DNA from: Bacillota bacterium
Lineage (GTDB): Bacteria; Bacillota; Sulfobacillia; JAUYEG01
Direction of reading: 5' to 3'
Assembly: GCA_030691505.1 (NCBI GenBank)
Contig: JAUYEG010000100.1
Coordinates: 4,538 to 68,537, forward strand
Length of the DNA: 64,000 nt
In this document: one piece after another, positions 28,173 to 36,716 of the stretch
Layout: each line of letters begins with the position of its first letter
How positions within the stretch are numbered: position 1 is the stretch's first letter
Notes under the pieces: model-generated
The model's input: only the letters and a program-made list of their open reading frames with translations
Told to the model about the DNA's origin: nothing
Databases searched by the model: none
Made by a program: the position numbers and the translations under genes

Positions 28173-29342
28173 ATGACGGTGTCCCTTCCGCTACAGGACA
28201 GAATCGACGAGGTCAGGGCCGAGTTTCCGGCGACCGCGCGGATGGGCTACTTCAACACCGGTACAATCGGCCCGATCCCCAGGCGGGTGCTGGAGGTCCA
28301 CCAGTCTCTCGAGCGGCGGTATCATCTTGCCGGCCCGCTCGACCGCGAAGCCGGCGACCGGGTTGACAAGGAGTACACCGAGGTGCGCCCCAAGGTCGCT
28401 TCGATGCTGCGCACCACGCCTGACCGGATCGCCCTTGTCGAGAACACCACCACCGGCATCAACGCCGCGCTGCTGAGCCACAGGTGGCAGCCCGGAGACG
28501 AGGTGCTCACCTCCGACATCGAGCATCCGGCCGTCCTCGTGCCGCTGGAGTACCTGCGACAGCGCTACGGCGTCGTCATCCGCCGCGTTGCGACGCGTGG
28601 CGGTGTGTTGCGGACTGACGACCTGAGCGCCGCGATCGGGCCCAATTCGCGCGCTATTGCGATCAGCCACGTCAGTTTCAGCACCGGCGGCAGGTTTCCG
28701 GTGGACGAGATCTGCCTCCTTGCGCGCGAGCGCAGCCTGCTCTCGGTGATCGACGGGGCCCAGTCGGTGGGTGCGATTCCGGTGGACCTGTCGCGGCTGC
28801 AGTGCGACTACTACGCCTTTCCCGGGTACAAGTGGACACTCGGCCCCCAGGGCACCGCGGGCCTGTTCGTGTCCGAGCGGGCGCCGGAGGTTTTTCCCTA
28901 CCGGGTGGCCCTGCACGCCGTGGCGGAGCGGTTCCCGGAGGGCGGCTTCCGGCTGCACGCGGACGCGAGGCGTTTTGAAGGCACCGCGACGACGGCCAAA
29001 ATGGAATTCATCAGCCTCGGCGGCTCCATTGATCTCCTTGCCGGATACGGCTGGGACGCGGTGTTCAGGCGGGTTGCCGGGCTGTGCGAGCAGTTCAGAG
29101 CCGGGGTGCTGACAATCCCCGGCGCGGAGCTGATCACGCCCCGGTCACGGGATGAGGCCGCCGGGCTGATCGCCTTCCGGGTGGCGGGCAGATCCGCCGC
29201 GGAAATGGACGCGCAGCTCTACCGTCAGGGCATGGTGGTCCGGACAGTCGGGGGCAACGGGCTGCGGGCGTCGTTTCACCTCTACAACACGCCGGAGGAG
29301 GTCGACGGGCTGCTGGACGCTATCCGCGACCTGGTCGCCTGA
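28173..29342 (+). CDS. Class V PLP-dependent aminotransferase-fold enzyme (C-S lyase/epimerase-like)
   Basis: YFNTGTIGP, EHPAV, DGAQSVG, FPGYKW (PLP Lys), LRASFHLYN. Confidence 0.85.
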   Translation: MTVSLPLQDRIDEVRAEFPATARMGYFNTGTIGPIPRRVLEVHQSLERRYHLAGPLDREAGDRVDKEYTEVRPKVASMLRTTPDRIALVENTTTGINAALLSHRWQPGDEVLTSDIEHPAVLVPLEYLRQRYGVVIRRVATRGGVLRTDDLSAAIGPNSRAIAISHVSFSTGGRFPVDEICLLARERSLLSVIDGAQSVGAIPVDLSRLQCDYYAFPGYKWTLGPQGTAGLFVSERAPEVFPYRVALHAVAERFPEGGFRLHADARRFEGTATTAKMEFISLGGSIDLLAGYGWDAVFRRVAGLCEQFRAGVLTIPGAELITPRSRDEAAGLIAFRVAGRSAAEMDAQLYRQGMVVRTVGGNGLRASFHLYNTPEEVDGLLDAIRDLVA

Positions 29343-29351
29343 CGGCCGCCG

Positions 29352-30695
29352 ATGCCGTCGCGCCGCAAGGCAGTCCCGACCGGCCGGCGTCCGGTCGTCC
29401 GCTGGCACGTGACCCCGCGCAGCGCGCGCCGGCCTCTGCCGGCTCGCCGCCGTCTTCCCCCGTCGCGCAGCCGGCGGCGCAGGCTCTGGCTGCTGGCCGC
29501 GGTCATCGCGCTCATCGCCTCGTCCGGTGCGTACCTCTTTCTCTCGGCGCGCGGCGGAGTTGCGCTTTCGGCCTTGTCCTCATGGGGCACTATCGAGCGC
29601 ACGATCAAGTCAAGGGCCCTGGTCTGGCGGCAGGAGACGGTTGTGCCCGCTCCCGTGGGCGGAGTGCTCCGCCTTGCGGTCAGGGAAGGCGAGCGCGTGC
29701 GCACCGGCCAGACGCTCGCCGAATTAGTCGATCTCGAGGACAGGCGGGATCTTGAAGCCAGGCTCGCCGATGTGGAGCGGCGCTTGGCCGCAGCGGACGC
29801 CGGCGGGCGGGCCGACCGCGAGCGCCTGGAGAACCAGCTCGCGTCGGCTACGGCATCCTACCATGAGGCGCTCGGACAACTGGCGAGGGGCGCGCTGGAG
29901 CGCAGACTGGATGCTTTCGCGCATGCCTGGCCCGCGCTGACGGCGGCCGGCGCGGCGCGGTCGGCGGCCCAGGGCGGGCTCGGGCAACTGGACAGGGACC
30001 GCGAGGAGCTTCTTTCCCTACGCCAGGAGCTGCTGGCGGGTATGGAAGCCGCCGGACACGAGGTCGCGGCGCCGGTTCAGGGGCTCGTGAGTCTGGTCTT
30101 GGACGGCCTGGAGGGTATCGGCCGCGACCAACTGGCGGCCATGAGCACGTGGGACCTGCTATCCCTGCGCGAAAACCGTGTGGAGCTTGCCAGTGGGGGC
30201 CGGCTGAGTGCCCGGCAACCCGTGTGCAAGGTGATCGACCCGCAGGGTCTTGTGCTGGCGATGGTCCTTAGTACCGGGGCGGCGGCCGGGCTTGAGATGG
30301 GGGGCTCGATAACGGTCCGCTTCCCCCAACTCGGACAGGCTATCCTGCGTGGACAGGTCACGGGCCTCGGCCCCGCCGAACGGACCGGGTCGAGAGTTGT
30401 GCGGATCAGCACTGACGGGGTGCTGGCCGGACTGTCGTCGCTCCGATGGACGGCCTGCGAGTTGCTGCTGCTGAGCCGCAGCGGGGTTATTGTCCCGTCG
30501 GGGTCGCTGACGAGCCGCGACGGTCAGCAGGGGGTGCTTGTGCTGTCGCGAAGCAGCGCCTACTTCCGTCCCGTGACCATTCTGGCGGCCGACGGCCGTT
30601 CGGTGCTCGTGGAGGGCATCGCCAGCGGCACCGCCGTCGCGCTCCACCCATGGCTGTGGGGCTTGCTCGGGAGGTTACGCGGCCTCCCCGGGTGA
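29352..30695 (+). CDS. HlyD-family membrane-fusion-like protein
   Basis: TM, APVGG..EGERVRTG lipoyl-like half motifs flanking a coiled coil, APVQGLVS..LDGLE; commonly found before yggS in clostridia. Confidence 0.7.
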   Translation: MPSRRKAVPTGRRPVVRWHVTPRSARRPLPARRRLPPSRSRRRRLWLLAAVIALIASSGAYLFLSARGGVALSALSSWGTIERTIKSRALVWRQETVVPAPVGGVLRLAVREGERVRTGQTLAELVDLEDRRDLEARLADVERRLAAADAGGRADRERLENQLASATASYHEALGQLARGALERRLDAFAHAWPALTAAGAARSAAQGGLGQLDRDREELLSLRQELLAGMEAAGHEVAAPVQGLVSLVLDGLEGIGRDQLAAMSTWDLLSLRENRVELASGGRLSARQPVCKVIDPQGLVLAMVLSTGAAAGLEMGGSITVRFPQLGQAILRGQVTGLGPAERTGSRVVRISTDGVLAGLSSLRWTACELLLLSRSGVIVPSGSLTSRDGQQGVLVLSRSSAYFRPVTILAADGRSVLVEGIASGTAVALHPWLWGLLGRLRGLPG

Positions 30696-30806
30696 ACGTA
30701 CCGCAAAGGCGCGTTTTGACGGACCTCCGGTCCTCCGGGGCCGGCGGCGCATCAAGCGACAGAAGAGTTGGCCGAGGAGAAACTGGGACCTGCGGTGAAA
30801 AATGGC

Positions 30807-31565
30807 ATGACGGACGTCGCCGGACGCCTGGCGGCGGTGCGCGAGCGAATTGCGGACGCCGCCGTTCGGGCCGGGCGTGACTCTGGCGCGGTCACCATCG
30901 TCGGGATCAGCAAAGGCGTCGACATGGCCCGGATCAGGGAGGGCGTCTCTGCGGGACTCTGCGACCTGGGCGAAAACCGGATGCAGGAATGGCTGACCAA
31001 GGTCGCCCTGCCCGGCGGCCCGGCGAGGTGGCACTACGTCGGCAGGCTGCAGACCAACAAGGTGCGCTACCTGGGTCAGGGGATCACGGTGCTGCACTCC
31101 CTGGACCGTCCTCAGCTTGTTGCGGCAATCGAGGGCCGGTGGGCGGCCTGGTCCGCGGGACTTGGGCTCGCACGGTCCGGGCAGCGGTCCGGCGAGGCAG
31201 GCTCGCCGGACGCGCCGGACGCGCCGGACGCGCCGTCGTGCCTGGTACAGGTCAATATAGCCGGTGAGGCGGGCAAGGCCGGGATTGATCCCGGCGAGTT
31301 CGATCGTTTCCTTGAGCGGGTGGCCGCCGGTGGGCTGATAAGGGTGGGCGGGCTGATGACCATAGCGCCCTACACCGACAGGCCCGAGACGGTCCGCCCG
31401 GTTTTCGCCGCACTGCGGTGCCTACGCGACCGGACGCGGAAATTGTTTCCGCAGTTGGGGATCGAGCACCTCAGCATGGGGATGAGCGGCGACTTCGAGG
31501 TCGCCGTGGAGGAGGGCGCCACGATGGTGCGCATCGGTACGGCCATTTTCGGAGCACGGCGTTAG
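30807..31565 (+). CDS. yggS: PLP homeostasis protein YggS/YlmE
   Basis: GISK, LGENRMQE, WHYVGRLQTNK, GLMTIAP, LSMGMSGDF, VRIGTAIFG. Confidence 0.95.
   Translation: MTDVAGRLAAVRERIADAAVRAGRDSGAVTIVGISKGVDMARIREGVSAGLCDLGENRMQEWLTKVALPGGPARWHYVGRLQTNKVRYLGQGITVLHSLDRPQLVAAIEGRWAAWSAGLGLARSGQRSGEAGSPDAPDAPDAPSCLVQVNIAGEAGKAGIDPGEFDRFLERVAAGGLIRVGGLMTIAPYTDRPETVRPVFAALRCLRDRTRKLFPQLGIEHLSMGMSGDFEVAVEEGATMVRIGTAIFGARR
31204..31235 (+). repeat. 9-bp tandem repeat (CGCCGGACG x3.5) in a loop insertion of YggS
   Basis: Encodes PDAPDAPDAP. Confidence 0.8.
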
Positions 31566-31576
31566 GGGGGATCCCG

Positions 31577-32038
31577 GTGGCCAAAGGTTTCTTCGGCAAG
31601 CTGCTCTCGATCATCGGCCTGGAGGCCGAGGAGGAAGAGGGCAGCGCGGAGGCTGGTTTTGAGGACGAAGAGGAGGACGAGGTCGCTGTGGCGCTGGACA
31701 CATCCCCTTCGAGCCGGAGGGCGAGCGTCGTCGCGATCACCCAGCCAAAGAACCTGCGCATGGTGGTCGTGGAGCCGACCGCCTTCGAGGAGGTCCAGGG
31801 GATCGCGCTTAACCTGCGGGCCCGCCGCCCCGTGATCGTCAATCTGGAGCGGACCGACCGCGAAGTGGCCCGCAGGATAGTCGATTTCCTCAGCGGCTCG
31901 ACGTACGCGCTGGGCGGCGCAATGCAGCGGGTCGGCGGCGCCATCTTCCTGTTCGCGCCGCAGAATGTGGATGTGGCGGCCCAGAACCGGGACGGGGCGT
32001 CCGAAACCCTGCCCGGCTCCAGCTGGCCGTCCAAGTGA
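31577..32038 (+). CDS. sepF: Cell division protein SepF
   Basis: EP.AFEEVQ.IA, ARRIVDFLSG..YAL.G, IFLFAPQNV. Confidence 0.95.
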   Translation: MAKGFFGKLLSIIGLEAEEEEGSAEAGFEDEEEDEVAVALDTSPSSRRASVVAITQPKNLRMVVVEPTAFEEVQGIALNLRARRPVIVNLERTDREVARRIVDFLSGSTYALGGAMQRVGGAIFLFAPQNVDVAAQNRDGASETLPGSSWPSK

Positions 32039-32051
32039 GGGGGTAAGCTGT

Positions 32052-32534
32052 GTGTCCCTGACACCGCTTGACATCCAAAACAAGGAGTTCCGCCGCCGCT
32101 TCCGGGGCTACCACGAGCAGGAAGTGGACGAGTTCCTCGACGAGGTGGTCCGGGACTTCGAACTGCTGGTCAAGGAAAACGCCTCGCTCAAAGACCGGCT
32201 GGCGCGGTCCGAGGAGCGATTGGGGCAGTATCTCAACGTGGAGGAGTCTCTCAAGCGGGCGCTGGTCACCGCCGAGCAAGCGGCCGCCGACCTGCGGGCG
32301 GTGGCCCAGAAGGAGGCCGAGATCATCGTCCGCGAGGCCAAGGAGCAGGCGGCCCGGATGATCGCCAGCGCCGAGCGCGAGCTCGACGAGTCGCACAGGT
32401 TGCTCGGCGGAGTCCGCCAGGACCAGCGGGTGTTTCTGGCGCGGGTCAAGGGCGAGTTGCGGGCCCAGTTAGAGGCCCTCGACGCAGCGGGCGCGGTCCT
32501 GGAGACGCCCGAGCGCGACGAGGAAGCCAAGTGA
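32052..32534 (+). CDS. divIVA: DivIVA domain protein
   Basis: LTPLDIQNKEFRRRFRGYHEQEVDEFLD then coiled coil. Confidence 0.95.
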   Translation: MSLTPLDIQNKEFRRRFRGYHEQEVDEFLDEVVRDFELLVKENASLKDRLARSEERLGQYLNVEESLKRALVTAEQAAADLRAVAQKEAEIIVREAKEQAARMIASAERELDESHRLLGGVRQDQRVFLARVKGELRAQLEALDAAGAVLETPERDEEAK

Positions 32535-32860
32535 GCGGCTCTGCGGCGCTCTTTGTCCGCGAGCGCCCCGGCGGACTCGTTTTCCCGGTGCGCGTGCAGC
32601 CCAAGTCGTCGCGCAACGAGCTGGTCGGCATCACGGACGGAGCACTGTGGATCAAGGTTACCGCGCCTCCGGTCGCGGGCCAGGCCAACCGGGCCACCCT
32701 TGCGCTGCTGGCCGACCTATTGGGCGTTCCGGCAAGCGCGCTGGCCCTCACCGGCGGGGCCCGCTCGCGCAACAAGCAGGTACAGATCAGTGGGGTGACG
32801 GCCGATCACCTGCGTTCCGCGATCGACCGTGCGCTGACCCGGCGGGAGGGTGCGGATTGA
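32531..32860 (+). CDS. DUF167 (YggU) family protein
   Basis: VRVQPKSSRN, APPVAGQAN, GARSRNK. Confidence 0.9.
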   Translation: MSGSAALFVRERPGGLVFPVRVQPKSSRNELVGITDGALWIKVTAPPVAGQANRATLALLADLLGVPASALALTGGARSRNKQVQISGVTADHLRSAIDRALTRREGAD

Positions 32861-33564
32861 GGCGCAAGGCAGTCGGCATTCTTGGCGGCATGGGGCCGGA
32901 GGCCACCGCCGACCTTTTCAGCAAGATCGTCCGCTCCACACCCGCCCGCCGGGATCAGGACCACCTGCGGGTGATCGTCGACTCGCTGCCGCAGATTCCC
33001 GACCGGACCGCGGCCATTCTCGGCCAGGGCGAGAGCCCCGGGCCGGTCCTGCGTGCCGCGGCGCGGCGGCTTGAGTCCTGGGGAGCGGAGGTCATCGTCA
33101 TTCCGTGCAACACGGCGCACTACTACCACGGCGACATCGCCGCCGCCGTCTCGGTGCCGGTGTTGCACATCATGGAGCAGACCGCCCGCGCCATCACCTC
33201 GGCCCATCCGGAGGTCCGCAAGGTCGGCATCCTGGCGTCGACCGGCACGCTCAACGCCGGTCTGTACCGCCGGGCCCTCGAGGCGGTCGGCCTGACGGAG
33301 CTATGCCCCCCGCCGGATGTGCAGGAAGACGTGATGGCTGCGATCTACGGGGTCAAAGCCGGAGAGTATGACCGGCCGCACCGCCTGCTCGCGGCGGCTG
33401 CCGCCCGTCTGGTCCAGCTCGGCGCGGGCGCGGTCGTGGCGGGGTGCACCGAGGTGCCCATCGCCCTTTCGGAGGCCGACGTCACGGTGCCGTTTGTGGA
33501 CGCGACGCTGGCTCTCGCCCGTGCGGCGGTCCGGTATGCGATTGGGGAGGATGAGCCAAGATGA
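32857..33564 (+). CDS. Aspartate/glutamate racemase family protein
   Basis: GILGGMGPEAT, IPDRT, IPCNTAH, AGCTEVP (two catalytic Cys). Confidence 0.92.
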   Translation: MRRKAVGILGGMGPEATADLFSKIVRSTPARRDQDHLRVIVDSLPQIPDRTAAILGQGESPGPVLRAAARRLESWGAEVIVIPCNTAHYYHGDIAAAVSVPVLHIMEQTARAITSAHPEVRKVGILASTGTLNAGLYRRALEAVGLTELCPPPDVQEDVMAAIYGVKAGEYDRPHRLLAAAAARLVQLGAGAVVAGCTEVPIALSEADVTVPFVDATLALARAAVRYAIGEDEPR

Positions 33565-35174
33565 CCGGCGAGCCGCGGGTTCTGGTGACTGGAGGGGACA
33601 TTGTCACCCTCGATCCGTTCCGGCCGCGGCCGGAAGCGATGGTCGTGGGGAACGGGCATGTGCTGGCCCTGGGCCCCCGCGACGAATTGACCTCAAGGTG
33701 GGGCGGCGGGGCCTCCCGGCTCGACCTTGACGGCCGGGCCCTCTTGCCGGGGTTTACCGACAGCCACCTGCACCTGCTTTCGTACGGCCTGATGCTCGAC
33801 CAGGTCCAGCTCGCCGGCTGTCCGTCAGTGCGGCTCATGACTGAGCTGGTCGCGGAGGGAGCGGCGGCTCTCGCGAAGGATGAGTGGGTGCTCGGGCGCG
33901 GCTGGGATCAGGACCTTTTTGCTGAGCGGCGCTACCCGGCGCGGGGCGACCTGGACCCCGTCACGGCCGGCCGGCCCGCGCTGCTAACCCGGGGCTGCGG
34001 GCATTGCAGCGTGGCCAATTCGAGGGCGCTCGAGCTGGCCGGAATCACCCGCGACACCATTGATCCGCCCGGGGGCCGCATAGAGCGCGATCCGGCGACG
34101 GGGGAGCCGACAGGCGTTCTGCATGAGCGGGCGGCAGGACTCGTGCGGTCGGTGATCGGCGATCCCGGTTTCGGCGTCAAACGCCGCGGCCTTGAGCGGG
34201 CGATGGGGCTGGCGCTGTCGGCCGGCCTGGTCGCTGTTCACCCGGACGACGTGCGCAGCGCCGGCGACGCGGCGACCGCCTGCAACCTGTACCGGGAGTT
34301 GCTGCCGTCGCTTGGCGGGCCGCGCGTGCGGCTCGATGTGTCCGAGTTTGCGCTTGACGAGCTGCTCGCATCGGGGCTGCGTACCGGCAGCGGCGATCCG
34401 ATGCTGTCCATCGGGGCGGTCAAGTTGTTCGTGGACGGATCGCTCGGTGCCAGGTCCGCCGCGCTGACCAGGCCGTACGCCGACGACCCCGGGCAGAGCG
34501 GGATCGTCGTGCAGGAGCGCTCCGCTTTCATGGGCCAGGTGCGGCGTGCCCACGCTCACGGGCTGCAGGTAGCGATTCACGCCATCGGCGACCTCGCCGT
34601 GGACTGGTCGCTGGACGCGATCGAGGCCGCGCAGCAGGCCGGGCCGGCCTGGGAACCCCGTCACCGGGTGGTCCACGTCCAGATCACAAGGCCGGATCAG
34701 CCGCCCCGGTTCGCCGCTCTCGGCGCCGTTGCCGAGATCCAACCCAAGTTCGTGACAACTGACAAGCTCTGGGTGGACGCCAGGGTCGGACCGGAACGTG
34801 CGCGCACCTCTTACTGCTGGAAGACGCTCCTCGATGCCGGCGTGCATTGCGCTGGGGGATCGGACGGACCGGTGGAGCCGCTGCACCCCTTGCTCGGCCT
34901 TTATGCGGCGGTCACGCGGCAGGGCTTGGACGGTCAGCCGGCGGGCGGCTGGTATCCTGATCAGCGGCTGAGCGTCGAGCAGGCCTTGAGGCTGTTCACC
35001 CTGGGCGGGGCCTACGCGGGACACAGCGAGCAGTGGCGGGGGTCGCTATCGCCCGGCAAGGCCGCGGATTTCGTGCTCCTCGACCGGGCGCCGGACCGTG
35101 TGGACCCGGGCAGCATCAAGGACTTGGCCGTTCTCGCGACGTACATCGGAGGCCGGTGCGTCTTCGAAGCCTAG
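33561..35174 (+). CDS. Amidohydrolase 3 family (YtcJ-like)
   Basis: PGFTDSHLH, KLFVDGSLG, HAIGD, HRVVHVQ, GSDGP, GK.ADFV. Confidence 0.9.
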   Translation: MTGEPRVLVTGGDIVTLDPFRPRPEAMVVGNGHVLALGPRDELTSRWGGGASRLDLDGRALLPGFTDSHLHLLSYGLMLDQVQLAGCPSVRLMTELVAEGAAALAKDEWVLGRGWDQDLFAERRYPARGDLDPVTAGRPALLTRGCGHCSVANSRALELAGITRDTIDPPGGRIERDPATGEPTGVLHERAAGLVRSVIGDPGFGVKRRGLERAMGLALSAGLVAVHPDDVRSAGDAATACNLYRELLPSLGGPRVRLDVSEFALDELLASGLRTGSGDPMLSIGAVKLFVDGSLGARSAALTRPYADDPGQSGIVVQERSAFMGQVRRAHAHGLQVAIHAIGDLAVDWSLDAIEAAQQAGPAWEPRHRVVHVQITRPDQPPRFAALGAVAEIQPKFVTTDKLWVDARVGPERARTSYCWKTLLDAGVHCAGGSDGPVEPLHPLLGLYAAVTRQGLDGQPAGGWYPDQRLSVEQALRLFTLGGAYAGHSEQWRGSLSPGKAADFVLLDRAPDRVDPGSIKDLAVLATYIGGRCVFEA

Positions 35175-35206
35175 GGGCTTCGCGATAGGCGTCGTTGGGG
35201 AAAGCT

Positions 35207-35235
35207 AGGGGCGGCGAGAGCCGCCCCTTTGTTTT
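35207..35235 (+). terminator. Rho-independent terminator
   Basis: AGGGGCGGC-GAGA-GCCGCCCCT followed by TTGTTTT. Confidence 0.85.
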
Positions 35236-35437
35236 GTGCGCCCGGCAGGGCGCACTCACTTGGGGGTGTGAGTCCCCTACAGGCCCGACAGGGGGAACTG
35301 TCCTTTGACCAGCTTGGACTCGTGTCGCCGCTAGGTCAACGGCAACGACTTCAGAGCGCTGCGTGAACCGCCGGGTACGGAACCGTACGCCCGGCGGTGT
35401 GGGAGGACGGCGGGGGTGACCCCGCCTCCTACCCGAT
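35236..35437 (+). mobile_element. Internally deleted group IIC intron remnant (202 nt)
   Basis: 5' GTGCGCCCGGCA...GGGGGTGTGAGTCCCC; domain V ACCGCCGGGTACG-GAAC-CGTACGCCCGGCGGT; domain VI ending CCTCCTACCCGAT; starts directly after a terminator. Confidence 0.88.
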
Positions 35438-35457
35438 GCGGCGCCGGGGGAGGGGCC

Positions 35458-35742
35458 ATGGTTTCGGAGCAGGACCAGCAGTCGAAACTGGACCGGCTGG
35501 CGACGGCTTTGGAGCGCGCGCGAATCGGCGAGTATGTTGAGCTGTCCCAGCGGCCGCTGCGCCTCATATACCTGAGCTTCCTGAGCGGCCTGGCCCGCGG
35601 TTTCGGCATTGTCATCGGGTTTACCGTGATCGGCGCGGCGGTCGTCTACATCCTGCAACGGGTGCTATCCCTTAACCTGCCCGGCATCAGCCGGACGATC
35701 GCCGACCTGATCAGACTCGTCCAGCAAAACATGGTGCGCTAG
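35458..35742 (+). CDS. DUF5665-like small membrane protein
   Basis: LERARIGEYVEL...FLSGLARGFGIVIGFTVI...NLPGIS. Confidence 0.75.
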   Translation: MVSEQDQQSKLDRLATALERARIGEYVELSQRPLRLIYLSFLSGLARGFGIVIGFTVIGAAVVYILQRVLSLNLPGISRTIADLIRLVQQNMVR

Positions 35743-35820
35743 CACAGGGCCGCTGGAGCTGCGCATGGTCGCCTGAACGTGGTTTGGTGACCGCCGGCGC
35801 ACCGGTATGGGGGTTGCAGC

Positions 35821-36225
35821 GTGGGCACTCAGACGGATCCGCGCAAGGTCATCCTGTCGGCGCTCGAGGACGAGGAACGGGTACTTAGCCATGAGCTTGA
35901 GCGGCTCCGGGAGGGGCTCAGGGACAGCCTCAGGGAGACTTCCGGCGAAATGACCGTGGAAAACCACCCGGGCGACGTCGGCACCGAGACCTACGAACGC
36001 GAAAAGGACCTCGGCCGCGCCAGGTATCTTGAGGCGCAGGTAGCGGAGGTCGTTGCCGCGCGGCATCGCCTCGCGGCGGGGGAGTTCGGGGTCTGCCAGG
36101 CCTGCGGCCGACGCATTGATCCGGGGCGGCTGGCGGTGCGGCCCCAGTCCGCCCTATGTCTCGAATGCGAGGAGCGCAACGAGGGAGGGGCCCGGGGCTG
36201 GGCCCCCGAAGAAACTCACCGCTAG
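35821..36225 (+). CDS. TraR/DksA C4 zinc-finger protein (YteA-like)
   Basis: NHPGDVGTETYEREKD, GEFGVCQACG..I...RL...P....CLEC. Confidence 0.88.
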   Translation: MGTQTDPRKVILSALEDEERVLSHELERLREGLRDSLRETSGEMTVENHPGDVGTETYEREKDLGRARYLEAQVAEVVAARHRLAAGEFGVCQACGRRIDPGRLAVRPQSALCLECEERNEGGARGWAPEETHR

Positions 36226-36257
36226 AGCCCGAATCATCCCGGCGACGGAGGCCTGCT

Positions 36258-36716
36258 GTGGTTTTGCAGACGATCGCTTATTTCGGCGTTATCGTGCTGG
36301 ACCGCTTGCTCAAGTGGTTGGTCGAGTCGCGCATGTACCCAGGCCAGAGTATCGCCGTTGCTCCGTTTCTGCACATCACGCTGGTCCACAACACCGGGGC
36401 CGCCTTCGGGTTCCTGCGCGGCCTTCAGCCCCTGCTCGCAGTCCTCGGGCTGCTGGTCGGCGTGGGCGTATTCTGGATAGCCAGGCGCGTGCCGCCGCGG
36501 GAGGCCGGCCTGCGGGTTGCCCTGGGAGCGGTCGGCGGCGGAGCGATCGGCAATTTCATAGACCGGGTCGCATACGGCCACGTGCTCGATTTCGTGGACC
36601 TCAGGATCTGGCCGGTCTTCAACCTGGCCGACTCGGCCATTTTCCTCGGGGGGCTGTACCTGGCCTGGCGGTTGCTGCTGAGGCAGGGGTCGCCCGGCGT
36701 GGTGATCGAGCCGTGA
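36258..36716 (+). CDS. lspA: Lipoprotein signal peptidase
   Basis: HNTGAAFG, GGAIGNFIDR, VLDF, PVFNLADSAI. Confidence 0.95.
   Translation: MVLQTIAYFGVIVLDRLLKWLVESRMYPGQSIAVAPFLHITLVHNTGAAFGFLRGLQPLLAVLGLLVGVGVFWIARRVPPREAGLRVALGAVGGGAIGNFIDRVAYGHVLDFVDLRIWPVFNLADSAIFLGGLYLAWRLLLRQGSPGVVIEP

Noticed and set aside
28173-29342. Cysteine desulfurase (iscS/sufS) call
   Set aside because: Catalytic cysteine motif absent
35416-35457. N-terminal extension of the DUF5665 ORF
   Set aside because: Overlaps intron domain VI; the RBS-supported ATG is at 35458
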